DNA of 64,000 nt from Eubacteriales bacterium (GCA_031551135.1 JAVBOA010000006.1:17502-81501); one strand, 5' to 3'. Counted from the first letter of the stretch, positions 51,362-60,257 are shown. Notes: generated by a model from the letters alone, not told the origin. A program made the numbers and translations.

Positions 51362-52045
51362 TCAAATTTCGATAATAAAAATCTCGTTATTCAGCAAATC
51401 AATCCGCATAATCGATTTATCCAGAATATTGCCGCGATTCAGCAGTAATTTAATTGCTTCCGAAGTTTCAAACGCAGAAACCGCCTGCACCGTAAAAGGC
51501 AGATTGCCCTGCGAACTGTCAATATAATCATCTTCCAGATTTCCGTATATTTTTTCGAAAAGATTCGAATCCGGCATAAAAACAGCAATTTGCCCGTAAA
51601 AACCCCGGACTGCGCCATGCACTACCGGAATCGAAAGTTTTCTGCATATCTGGACAATAATTCTTCTGGTTTTAATATTATCGAGTGCGTCAATCACTAA
51701 ATCATTTCCGGAAATTATTTTTTCGGCATTATTTTCGTCTATTCTTTCATAAACAGGATTTACAATTACGTCAGAATTTACCTCTTTAATTCTCTCGGCA
51801 GCGGCATAAGCTTTCGGCAAACCGATTTTTTTTTCTGTGCAAAATAATTGCCGGTTTAAATTTGATTCTTCGAAAACGTCTCCGTCTGCAATTGTAAGAT
51901 TCAACACGCCTATTCTTGCAAGTGTTTCGGCAATATATCCGCCCAATCCGCCTGCGCCGATTATGCAGATTTTTTTTCCATGAAGAATCCTCATATCTTC
52001 CGAAGACAGAGAATTATAATTTCTGGCATATCTGTTTTCAAACAT
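51362..52045 (-). CDS. ThiF/MoeB/HesA-family adenylyltransferase (E1-like), short form
   Basis: ICIIGAGGLGGYIAETLARIGV ... DGDVFEESNLNRQ. No rhodanese domain and no CxxC pairs visible. Confidence 0.8.
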   Translation of the reverse strand: MFENRYARNYNSLSSEDMRILHGKKICIIGAGGLGGYIAETLARIGVLNLTIADGDVFEESNLNRQLFCTEKKIGLPKAYAAAERIKEVNSDVIVNPVYERIDENNAEKIISGNDLVIDALDNIKTRRIIVQICRKLSIPVVHGAVRGFYGQIAVFMPDSNLFEKIYGNLEDDYIDSSQGNLPFTVQAVSAFETSEAIKLLLNRGNILDKSIMRIDLLNNEIFIIEI

Positions 52046-52059
52046 ATAATCAACTGCCT

Positions 52060-53940
52060 TTATATTTCAATAATTTCGCCTATTCTATCGTAAGTATAAC
52101 CCGAAAATTCATTTAATTGAGTTTTGAATTCATCGCTTTTTATTATAGAAATAAAATCTTGAACCCTAGTATCTTCCAAATATTCCTGCGCTATTAAAAA
52201 ATCATACTCTTCATTAAAAAGCGGAACAAAATCCAAATCCATAGCTTTTGCAGCGGCGTATATACCAAGACCGACATCAGATTGACCCGATTTTACCGCT
52301 ATCGCAACTGCCAAATGTGTGTTGAATTCTTTTTCGTATCCATAAATTTCGCTAATTTCGATATTTTCTTTTTTCAGGCTATAGTCAAATAAAATTCTCG
52401 TGCCCGCACCTCTCTGCCGATTTGCATATTTAATATTATTTTTTAAATCGGCGAAATTTTTAATGCCGAACGGATTTCCTTTTTGAACAATAAAGCCTTG
52501 AACCCTGCCAACACCCTTAATCAGCAGCATTTTTTTATCTTTTATAAATTTTCTTGCATAAGATAAATTATATTCGCCGCTCTCCTCGTCCAAAAGATGA
52601 ATCGGAGCTAAATGACATTCGCCTCTTTTGATAGCGGTGATTCCTCCCATACTGCCGACATGAGCCGAAGACAGAGGCATTTTATCCGAAATCACATCAA
52701 TTATTAAATCGTGGCTTCCGGTAACAACCAATGTTTTTTTTATTTCATGAACCGGCTTCAATAATTCTATTTCTACAGTTTTTCCGGCTTCTATTCCTTC
52801 GAGATTACGAGGGATTATCATTTTACCATCGGCTTTTATAAGGCTCATCACCGCCGCCGCGCCTCTTTCCAAAGGAGTAGCAACAAATTTATTGTCTACA
52901 TATCCTAACGAGACGCGTATTATTTCTTCGTTTTTAATCGACGAAACAATCGAACGTGTAACGCTAGCTTCGATAAAATCAGCTGATTCGTCGTTTTGCT
53001 TATCTAAAAATCTCATCACAATAGGTTTGACAAATTTATCGAACATCAAATAAGCCGAAACGGGATAACCGGGAACACCAATTACGGGCTTTTGCATTAT
53101 TTCAGCCAAAATCGTCGGTTTTCCGGGTTTTATGGCAACTCCGTGAGTATGCAGAGTACCAAGCTCTTTTATGCATTTCAATGTAAAATCTTTAGTTCCC
53201 GCTGAAGTTCCGGCGTTTATAACTACAATATCATTTTCAGAAATAGCTTGCAATATTGTTTTCTTCAAATCGTCAATATTATCTCTGACAATCGGATATC
53301 TTTTTCCTTCTGCACCATATTGATCAGCCAAAGCCATAAAAACATGAGAATTTGATTCCATAAGCTTATTTTCGCCGATATCGTTCGGGTTCTCTACAAG
53401 CTCAGCGCCTGTTGGAATAATTCCGATCTTCGGTTTTTTATAAACTTCTATCTCTTTGTAGCCGCCGGCTACCAGCGCACCCATATCCAGCGGACGGATT
53501 TTATGTTTCGACGGCAGAATCATTTCTCCTGCAACAATACTTTCGCCAACAACTCTGATATGCTGCCAAGGCGCGGCGGCTTCGATTATTTCAATCGTAT
53601 TTTCATCAATAAGAATACAATCTTCAATCATAATTACAGAATCAAATTGAGCTTTAATTTGCCCGCCTGTATTAATATATTCAAAATTTTCATGCTGTAT
53701 TAATCTGATTTTGTTTAATTCATTCGCTCCGAATGTATCTTTTGAATGAACAGCAATTCCGTCCATGGCTGCGGCATTATACATCGGGTCACAGATTTTT
53801 GCCAAAACAGGTTTATAAGTATATCTGCCAAGCGCCGAATCTATATCAACAGTTTCTTTTTCAGCGCGTATTCCAAACAAAGAAATATATCTGTCAAACG
53901 CATCTGCAGGGTCGTTATTCTCTATATAAGTATTTCTCAT
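52060..53940 (-). CDS. moeA: MoeA-type molybdopterin molybdenum/tungsten transferase fused to a C-terminal periplasmic-binding-protein-like domain
   Basis: 626 aa. MoeA core (AAMDGIAV ... PGKPT ... GVPGYPVS), then about 200 aa of PBP-like sequence (LVVTGSHD ... NRQRGAGTR). Confidence 0.8.
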   Translation of the reverse strand: MRNTYIENNDPADAFDRYISLFGIRAEKETVDIDSALGRYTYKPVLAKICDPMYNAAAMDGIAVHSKDTFGANELNKIRLIQHENFEYINTGGQIKAQFDSVIMIEDCILIDENTIEIIEAAAPWQHIRVVGESIVAGEMILPSKHKIRPLDMGALVAGGYKEIEVYKKPKIGIIPTGAELVENPNDIGENKLMESNSHVFMALADQYGAEGKRYPIVRDNIDDLKKTILQAISENDIVVINAGTSAGTKDFTLKCIKELGTLHTHGVAIKPGKPTILAEIMQKPVIGVPGYPVSAYLMFDKFVKPIVMRFLDKQNDESADFIEASVTRSIVSSIKNEEIIRVSLGYVDNKFVATPLERGAAAVMSLIKADGKMIIPRNLEGIEAGKTVEIELLKPVHEIKKTLVVTGSHDLIIDVISDKMPLSSAHVGSMGGITAIKRGECHLAPIHLLDEESGEYNLSYARKFIKDKKMLLIKGVGRVQGFIVQKGNPFGIKNFADLKNNIKYANRQRGAGTRILFDYSLKKENIEISEIYGYEKEFNTHLAVAIAVKSGQSDVGLGIYAAAKAMDLDFVPLFNEEYDFLIAQEYLEDTRVQDFISIIKSDEFKTQLNEFSGYTYDRIGEIIEI

Positions 53941-53965
53941 ATTCGCACCTTTACTATTTTTTTAG

Positions 53966-55189
53966 TCAGAACAAATCAACAAAAACTTTTTCGCCTGCCA
54001 TATAACCTTCGATATTTTCGGGTATTGAAAATATCCCGTCCGATTTTTGAATTTGACTTATAAGTCCGGATTTCCCATAGACCGGTTTTGCCAAAATTTT
54101 ATCTTTCTCATAAATCAATTGAACGGATTGAAAGGTCATTTTTCCGGGAGAAGAATGTACATTTTCGGTTAATTGCGCCAAAACTGGTTTAGGATTTCTT
54201 GTACCATAAATTAAATCAAGATAATATTCTACAATAATTTTAAAAATAATCAAGCAAGACACGGTTTGCCCCGGCAGTCCAAAAACAGGCTTTTCTCCGA
54301 CTTTTCCGATTATGCTCGGCTTTCCCGGCTTTATCGAGATTCCATGAACCAAAACTTCTCCGTTTTCTATGGCGTTTATTGCGCTGTAAGTATAATCTTT
54401 TTCTCCGACAGAGCTTCCACCGGACATAATAACAAAATCGTTATCCGCAAGCGATTCCTCTATAGCATTTTTTATATCCAAAAAATTATCTTTGATTATT
54501 CTTCGAGAAGTAATTTCGATTCCTCTTTTTTGCAAAGCGGCTGAGATTACATATGAATTTGTATCTCTTATTTTGCCTTTTGCTATTTTTTCATCAATAT
54601 CAATAATTTCATCACCGGTCGACAAAATACTGCATTTCGGCATTTTTATTAAATCGAGTTCGAATATTCCGGCCGCCGACAAAATTCCAATATCCAATTC
54701 ATTTATTATTTTTCCTTTTTCCAATAATAAATGATTAATTTTACAATCATCGCCCTCACGTATTATATTTGAATTCGGCGCAATCGATTTATTCACGGCT
54801 ATAGTTTTTTCATCAATCTGCTCGACATATTCTATCATAACTATTCCATCAGAATTTGTCGGAATAATTCCTCCTGTAGGGACTTTTACACATTCGCCGC
54901 TTTTTATAGAGATTTCTTTGCCTTCGCCCATAAAAATCTCATCAATTACATTTAGAAAACAGGGCACGGTTTCAGAAGCCCCGAAAGTATCGCCGGCGAG
55001 CACGGCGTATCCGTCTACGGTTGAACGGTCGAATAAAGGCGTATTTTCAAAAGAATATATTTTTTTTGAAGAAACTCTCCCAATACATTTAGAAAGCTGA
55101 ACTTTTTCGGATTCCAAATTCTCTCTATAAAATTCATCTTTAATTTTTTGCTTTACTTCATCAATACTCATTAAATTTAAAAATCCCAC
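53966..55189 (-). CDS. moeA: Molybdopterin molybdenumtransferase MoeA
   Basis: 407 aa. STVDGYAV, SGGSSVGEKDY, KPGKPS and GLPGQTVS motifs. Non-ATG start. Confidence 0.88.
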   Translation of the reverse strand: MGFLNLMSIDEVKQKIKDEFYRENLESEKVQLSKCIGRVSSKKIYSFENTPLFDRSTVDGYAVLAGDTFGASETVPCFLNVIDEIFMGEGKEISIKSGECVKVPTGGIIPTNSDGIVMIEYVEQIDEKTIAVNKSIAPNSNIIREGDDCKINHLLLEKGKIINELDIGILSAAGIFELDLIKMPKCSILSTGDEIIDIDEKIAKGKIRDTNSYVISAALQKRGIEITSRRIIKDNFLDIKNAIEESLADNDFVIMSGGSSVGEKDYTYSAINAIENGEVLVHGISIKPGKPSIIGKVGEKPVFGLPGQTVSCLIIFKIIVEYYLDLIYGTRNPKPVLAQLTENVHSSPGKMTFQSVQLIYEKDKILAKPVYGKSGLISQIQKSDGIFSIPENIEGYMAGEKVFVDLF

Positions 55190-55198
55190 AATACACCT

Positions 55199-55807
55199 CT
55201 AATTAAGCGTTAATCGATTTTTGCAAATTCTGGATATTTGAGCTTTATTATGCGAAACAATAATTATTGTTGTTTTATTTTTCTTATTATATTCCAAAAT
55301 ACAATCTTCCAATTGAGTTATTGTATTTGCGTCAATCGCCGAAAAAGGCTCGTCCAGCAAAAGCAGTTTCGGTGCGGCGACAAACGCCCGGCCCAATGCA
55401 ACCTTTTGCGCTTCGCCCCCCGAAAGCTTTCTTGCATTCTGTTTAACGAGTTTTTCCAGACCCAAAAGCCTAATAATTTCTTCGGTATTTGATTTTATCA
55501 AATCCTTATTGATTTTTCTCAATTTTTGCGGATATTCAATATTTTTATAAACAGACCTATCCAAAAGCATCGGAGTTTGGAAAACCATAGTTACAAAGCT
55601 TGGATTAATCCCGGAACCACCGTATGTAATTTTACCTTTGAAATCAGTATCCAAGCCGGCAATTATTTTAAGCAATGTCGTTTTTCCCGTGCCGTTATCG
55701 CCTTCCAACGACGAAATTTCTCCGCTCGGAAAAACCATTTCCTTTATATTCAATGAAAATTTTTTGGACAAAGTTTTTGATAAATCGATAATTTTAAGTT
55801 CCATCAT
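55199..55807 (-). CDS. tupC: ABC transporter ATP-binding protein (tungstate TupC-like)
   Basis: Walker A GDNGTGKTT, signature LSGGEAQKV, Walker B LLLLDEP. Overlaps tupB by 14 nt. Confidence 0.75.
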   Translation of the reverse strand: MMELKIIDLSKTLSKKFSLNIKEMVFPSGEISSLEGDNGTGKTTLLKIIAGLDTDFKGKITYGGSGINPSFVTMVFQTPMLLDRSVYKNIEYPQKLRKINKDLIKSNTEEIIRLLGLEKLVKQNARKLSGGEAQKVALGRAFVAAPKLLLLDEPFSAIDANTITQLEDCILEYNKKNKTTIIIVSHNKAQISRICKNRLTLN

Positions 55808-56498
55808 TTTCCTTGCTTTCTTTAAACGAATACGAAATCCAGTTAATCCCGAACGAAACAGAAATCAATATTATTCCCAATGCGATTGCCATAGGATAAT
55901 CGCCCATCGAGTTTAACATCGAAATCGTCGTGGTCATAACCCTTGTCTCGCCTTCAATATTTCCGCCAACCATCATAACAGCCCCAACTTCTGAAATCGC
56001 TCTCGAAAAAGCTGTTATTATGTAAATAAATAAAGTCGGTCTTAATTCAGATATAATCAAAAGAGTTGTTTGCCATTTATTGGCTCCCAAAGTCTTCGCA
56101 AGATTTTTTATTACACGTCCGTTGGTTTTGGATAAATCATAAGTCATAGCCGAAATGAGCGGCAAAACTAAAAAAAATTGCGCAATAATCATCGCTTTGT
56201 TTGTATATAAAAGCGATAAAAAACCCAAAGGCCCGCGGCGCGATAAAAATAACATTATAATCAAACCAACAATAACCGACGGCGTGCTCATAAAAGTATT
56301 TAAAAGGCGAGATAGAAATCTCTCGCCTTTTAAAGAAACACTGCCTAAATAAATAAAAATCGGAACAGCAACCAAAGAAGCCAATATGGTTGCTGAAATT
56401 GATACAAAAAGCGATCTTGCGACAATCTGAATGAAGTCCGGGCTAAAACTAAAAATAATTCTAAAAGCCTCGAAAAAACCTTCAATAATATATTTCAT
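55794..56498 (-). CDS. tupB: ABC transporter permease (tungstate TupB-like)
   Basis: 234 aa with about 5-6 TM helices and an EAA-like loop AFSRAISEVGAVMMVGGN. Confidence 0.75.
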   Translation of the reverse strand: MKYIIEGFFEAFRIIFSFSPDFIQIVARSLFVSISATILASLVAVPIFIYLGSVSLKGERFLSRLLNTFMSTPSVIVGLIIMLFLSRRGPLGFLSLLYTNKAMIIAQFFLVLPLISAMTYDLSKTNGRVIKNLAKTLGANKWQTTLLIISELRPTLFIYIITAFSRAISEVGAVMMVGGNIEGETRVMTTTISMLNSMGDYPMAIALGIILISVSFGINWISYSFKESKENDGT

Positions 56499-56527
56499 TT
56501 AATTAATCCCAATCTTTTCATATCTTA

Positions 56528-57721
56528 TTATTTAGCGTTTGGTATAAATAAAGCTTTTCCGTATTTATCAACGCCGAATTTTGAAATTAAATCTTGAGTT
56601 TTTTCAGAAATTATCCAATTTGCAAAATCTACAGCACCTTTAACGTTAATAGAATCATTTTTTGTAGGGTTTACTACAAGAACGCCGTATTGATTAAATA
56701 ATTTGCTGTCGCCTTCGCAAAGAACCACAAGGTCTAATTTATCTTTCATGCTCAAATAAGTTGCTCTGTCTGTGAGTGTATAAGCTTGCATTTCGTTAGC
56801 CATGGTAAGAACAGCGCCCATACCTTGACCGGCCGATACATAATATTTAGAGTTTGGAGTTATCGAAACTTCTTTCCATAATTTCTTTTCCAATTTATCT
56901 GTTCCCGAATCGTCTCCTCTGGAAACAAATTTAGATTGAGCTTTGTCAATCGCTTTAAGCGAGCCTAAAATATCTTTTGCAGTTGATTTAACTCCGGCCG
57001 GGTCTTTTGCAGGACCAACAAGAATAAAATCGTTATACATAACATCGGAGCGGTACATTCCATCGCCGGATGCCATAAACGCTGTTTCATCAGCTTTCGC
57101 ATGTACAAGCAAAACATCAGCTTCGCCGTCTTTACCCATTTGAATAGCTTTTCCTGTTCCCACAGATACAACTTTTACATTATAGCCGGTTTCTTTTTCA
57201 AAAACAGGCAATAAATAATCTAATAAGCCACTGTCTTGAGTGCTGGTTGTTGTGGAAAGAATTATATTTTTATTTGAATTTGTTTTTGCGATATCACCGG
57301 AAACGGTTACCGTTCTGCTCGACGCATTCCATTCAACTTTAGCGTCAAAAGCTTCGGATACAAATCTAAGCGGTACAAAAGTTTGGTTATTTATGATGAC
57401 CGGAGCGGTATCAAAAGTTTTAGATTGTTTATTGATTTTTACGTTTTTATCGCCGATAGTAGTAATTACATAAGTTTTTGGAGATACGAAAGTAATTGTT
57501 TTAGTTTGGTCATTGTAACATGTGTCAATTCCCAAAGCTGTGGCTAAATCTCTAACAGGAACTTGAGTTCTGCTCATACTGTCGATAAACGGTTTGCCCA
57601 AAGAAAATTCTACATTTTTCCCGTTTACCTTAACCGAAATATCCGCTGCCATAGCCGGAACTGTAAAGAAAACCAAAGATAATAACATTGCGATAAAAAT
57701 ACTAAAAATACCTTTTTTCAT
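56528..57721 (-). CDS. tupA: Tungstate-binding protein TupA fused to an N-terminal copper-amine-oxidase-N-like (stalk) domain
   Basis: ATG 57721 after GGAGG. Signal peptide ...VPAMA/AD without a lipobox Cys. VKVNGKNVEF...QVPVRDLATALG...FVPLRFVSEAFDAKVEW is stalk-like. TTTSTQDSGLLDYLLPVFEKETGYNVKVVSVGTGKA...LLVHA...NDFILVGP is the TupA-type binding fold. Confidence 0.78.
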   Translation of the reverse strand: MKKGIFSIFIAMLLSLVFFTVPAMAADISVKVNGKNVEFSLGKPFIDSMSRTQVPVRDLATALGIDTCYNDQTKTITFVSPKTYVITTIGDKNVKINKQSKTFDTAPVIINNQTFVPLRFVSEAFDAKVEWNASSRTVTVSGDIAKTNSNKNIILSTTTSTQDSGLLDYLLPVFEKETGYNVKVVSVGTGKAIQMGKDGEADVLLVHAKADETAFMASGDGMYRSDVMYNDFILVGPAKDPAGVKSTAKDILGSLKAIDKAQSKFVSRGDDSGTDKLEKKLWKEVSITPNSKYYVSAGQGMGAVLTMANEMQAYTLTDRATYLSMKDKLDLVVLCEGDSKLFNQYGVLVVNPTKNDSINVKGAVDFANWIISEKTQDLISKFGVDKYGKALFIPNAK

Positions 57722-57764
57722 AAAATAACCTCCAGTGTTTTTGATAAGCGTATAACGCCCACTT

Positions 57765-57880
57765 ATACTATTTTCATTTAGATAGGTAGAAAAAAATTTT
57801 TCACAGCGGAGCGTTTCGCGCAATGTTTCTAGCGCGAAATGAAATATTTTTTTCTATCCTTAATATTGAAAATGGTATTA
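57765..57880. repeat. Family-1 element, full copy 5
   Basis: ATACTATTTTCATTTAGATAGGTAGAAAAAAATTTTTCACAGCGGAGCGTTTCGCGCAATGTTTCTAGCGCGAAATGAAATATTTTTTTCTATCCTTAATATTGAAAATGGTATTA. Lies 44 nt upstream of the tupA ATG. Confidence 0.9.
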
Positions 57881-57899
57881 TTTATTAATTCCCAAATAA

Positions 57900-57928
57900 A
57901 GTTTAACAAATGTATATAATCGTGTCAA
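57900..57928 (-). promoter_or_regulatory. Sigma-A type promoter for tupABC
   Basis: Minus strand reads TTGACA - 17 nt - TAAACT. It is on the far side of the element relative to tupA. Confidence 0.55.
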
Positions 57929-57986
57929 CAATTCTAACAAAAATTTAATCGATTTTTTGGTTTCTATGTAGAATTTAAACATCAAG

Positions 57987-58015
57987 TTGACAACTTAAAT
58001 ACAATAATATATACT
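57987..58015 (+). promoter_or_regulatory. Sigma-A type promoter for the riboswitch-aor operon
   Basis: TTGACA (57987..57992) - 17 nt - TATACT (58010..58015), ending about 8 nt before the riboswitch P1 strand. Confidence 0.6.
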
Positions 58016-58021
58016 AATAAT

Positions 58022-58116
58022 ATACTCCGAGTTTGGCGAAAGCCAAACCAATGGGCTGCGCAGCAGCCTGCCGTGTTTGCAAAGGAGCTTCTTTTTAAGG
58101 AGGCTTCTTTTTTGTT
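58022..58116 (+). promoter_or_regulatory. Molybdenum/tungsten cofactor (Moco/Tuco) riboswitch candidate with expression platform
   Basis: ACUCCGAG - UUUGGC GAAA GCCAAA - CCAAU - GGGCUGC..GCAGCCU - GCCGUGUUUGC - AAAGGAG. 5' CUCC can pair with 3' GGAG (P1), there are two capped stems, and the conserved CCGAG and AAAGGAG elements are as I recall for the Moco RNA motif. Sits upstream of a tungsten enzyme gene. Confidence 0.7.
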
Positions 58117-58378
58117 TGCTTATAACAATGATTTTATAATAAAATCTGCAGTACCAATAGCACAAATACTCAAGTATTTTGATGAAATCGGAGTACAAAA
58201 AAATTCCGGCGGATATTATACATTCAATAGTTTGGAAATAACTATCAAAGAAGATTACAATCCTGTGTTTTCGAATTTATTAATTCCCCAGAATACAATT
58301 ATTATCGAAGGCACACGTGAAGAATGTATCTTATTTGTAGATAAATTCAGATTAAAATTTTTATCTGCCGGTGGCTGA
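58112..58378 (+). CDS. Small hypothetical protein (88 aa) ending in Gly-Gly
   Basis: TTG 58112 preceded by AAGGAGG-N8. The ORF-track start at 58073 lies inside the riboswitch. Ends ...FRLKFLSAGG-stop. No family recognised. Confidence 0.5.
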   Translation: MFAYNNDFIIKSAVPIAQILKYFDEIGVQKNSGGYYTFNSLEITIKEDYNPVFSNLLIPQNTIIIEGTREECILFVDKFRLKFLSAGG

Positions 58379-58458
58379 TTTGCATTTTTTAATCTGAAAG
58401 CATCATTTATTGCGGCTATACAAATTCAATATATAGTAATACATAAGGAGTGAATATT

Positions 58459-60255
58459 ATGTCAATATCTTACAATGAAAAAATTTTAAGAGTAAATTTA
58501 ACGGAGAAAAATTATACAATCGAAGGACTCGATTTAAATCTTGCTAAAAAATTCATCGGCGGGCGCGGCTTGGGAACAAAAATCTATATGGATGAAGTTT
58601 CACCGGAAATCGACCCATTTTCACCGGAAAATAAAGTTGTTATAATTACAGGTCCACTGTCCGGAGCTTCTGTTCCGACCGGCGGAAGATATATGGTTGT
58701 TACAAAATCTCCTTTAACAGGAATGATTGCTTCCTCAAATTCTGGCGGACATTGGGGCGGAAAGCTCAAATATGCCGGATATGACGCTATAATTTTAGAA
58801 GGAAAAGCTGAAACCCCTGTTTATATGAATATTGTCGACGACAAAATCGAAATTTTGGATGCCGGTGATTTATGGGGCAAAACTACCGAAGAAACCGAAG
58901 AAATCTTGAAATCCAGACATGAGGGCGCATGCATTATGAATATAGGGCCTGCCGGAGAAACTCTCTCATTGCTTGCGTCGGTTATGAACGACGGAGACAG
59001 AGCCGCAGGACGTTCGGGAGTCGGCGCAGTTGTCGGCTCTAAAAACCTAAAAGCCATCTGCGTTACGGCTACAAGGGGAAATATTCCTGTATACGATTCG
59101 GAAAAATTAAAAGAAGTAACTAAATCATGTTTGGCAAAAATTAAGGAAAACGGAGTAACCGGCTCGGGTTTGCCGACCTTCGGTACTGCTGTATTAGTAA
59201 ATATTATAAATCAAGTTGGTTCTTTTCCGGTAAATAACTGGCAAGGCGCAAGCGACGACGATGCCGACAAAATATCCGGCGAAACCCTAAAGGAAACTAA
59301 ACTTGTGAAAAACGGCTTCTGCCATAGATGTCCAATCGGCTGTGCAAGAATAGTTGATATCGACGGCAAAATCTGCGGCGGTCCCGAATATGAAACATTA
59401 TGGGCATTCGGTTCGGATTGCGGAATACATGATTTGGATGCAATAAACAAAGCTAATTTAATGTGTAATGAAATGGGCAACGACACAATATCTGTAGCAA
59501 CGACAATCGCCGCCGCTATGGAACTTTATCAAAAAGGCTTTATAAAAGAAGAAGATTGCGAAGGCGTACCTTTGAATTTCGGAAATTCCGAAGCCATTGT
59601 TAAATGGACAGAAAGAATGGGCAGAGGCGAAACCGCTCTCGGCAAATTAATGGCTCAAGGCTCTTACCGCTTATGTGAACATTACGGTCATCCGGAATTT
59701 TCAATGAGCGTTAAAAAACAGGAAATACCTGCCTACGACGCACGCGGCATTCAGGGAATCGGATTGAATTACGCAACCAGCAACCGCGGCGGATGCCATG
59801 TTAGAGGATATATGATTTCACCGGAAATTTTAGGCTTGCCGGAAGCTTTGGACAGAACCACAACCGAAAATAAAGCTACTTGGACGAAAATTTTCCAAGA
59901 CCTTACAGCGGTAATCGATTCTACAGGCATGTGTTTGTTTACTTCATTCGCACTCGGAGCAGACTCCTATGCCGATTTGCTTAATGCCGCTATCGGTACT
60001 GATTTTACAGTTGAAAGCATTTTAGAAGCCGGAGAAAGAATTTATAATCTCGAAAGACTCTATAATAAATTAGCCGGAATGAAACCGGAAGACGATACTT
60101 TGCCGAAACGCATTCTCGAAGAGCCGATTCCGGAAGGACCGTCGAAAGGCATGGTAAGTAAATTAGATATTATGCTGCCGGAATATTATAATGTGCGCGG
60201 TTGGGAAAACGGATTCCCTACCGAGAATACATTAAAACGCTTGGAGTTAATATAA
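58459..60255 (+). CDS. aor: Aldehyde:ferredoxin oxidoreductase (tungstopterin enzyme)
   Basis: ATG 58459 after AAGGAG-N8. AOR N-domain (KILRVNLTEK ... GGRGLG) and the cluster/pterin region CHRCPIGCA ... EYETLWAFG ... GGCHVRGY. Confidence 0.93.
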   Translation: MSISYNEKILRVNLTEKNYTIEGLDLNLAKKFIGGRGLGTKIYMDEVSPEIDPFSPENKVVIITGPLSGASVPTGGRYMVVTKSPLTGMIASSNSGGHWGGKLKYAGYDAIILEGKAETPVYMNIVDDKIEILDAGDLWGKTTEETEEILKSRHEGACIMNIGPAGETLSLLASVMNDGDRAAGRSGVGAVVGSKNLKAICVTATRGNIPVYDSEKLKEVTKSCLAKIKENGVTGSGLPTFGTAVLVNIINQVGSFPVNNWQGASDDDADKISGETLKETKLVKNGFCHRCPIGCARIVDIDGKICGGPEYETLWAFGSDCGIHDLDAINKANLMCNEMGNDTISVATTIAAAMELYQKGFIKEEDCEGVPLNFGNSEAIVKWTERMGRGETALGKLMAQGSYRLCEHYGHPEFSMSVKKQEIPAYDARGIQGIGLNYATSNRGGCHVRGYMISPEILGLPEALDRTTTENKATWTKIFQDLTAVIDSTGMCLFTSFALGADSYADLLNAAIGTDFTVESILEAGERIYNLERLYNKLAGMKPEDDTLPKRILEEPIPEGPSKGMVSKLDIMLPEYYNVRGWENGFPTENTLKRLELI

Positions 60256-60257
60256 TT

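Noticed and set aside
57722-57823. N-terminal extension of tupA (MRETLRCEKFFSTYLNENS...)
   Set aside because: The extension is translated from the family-1 repeat itself. The ATG at 57721 has a GGAGG RBS and starts a proper signal peptide.
20831-57880. The recurring ~115-nt repeats as a CRISPR array
   Set aside because: The copies are kilobases apart, are separated by genes, occur in both orientations on the plus strand, are long palindromes and have no cas genes. This is a dispersed repeat, not an array.
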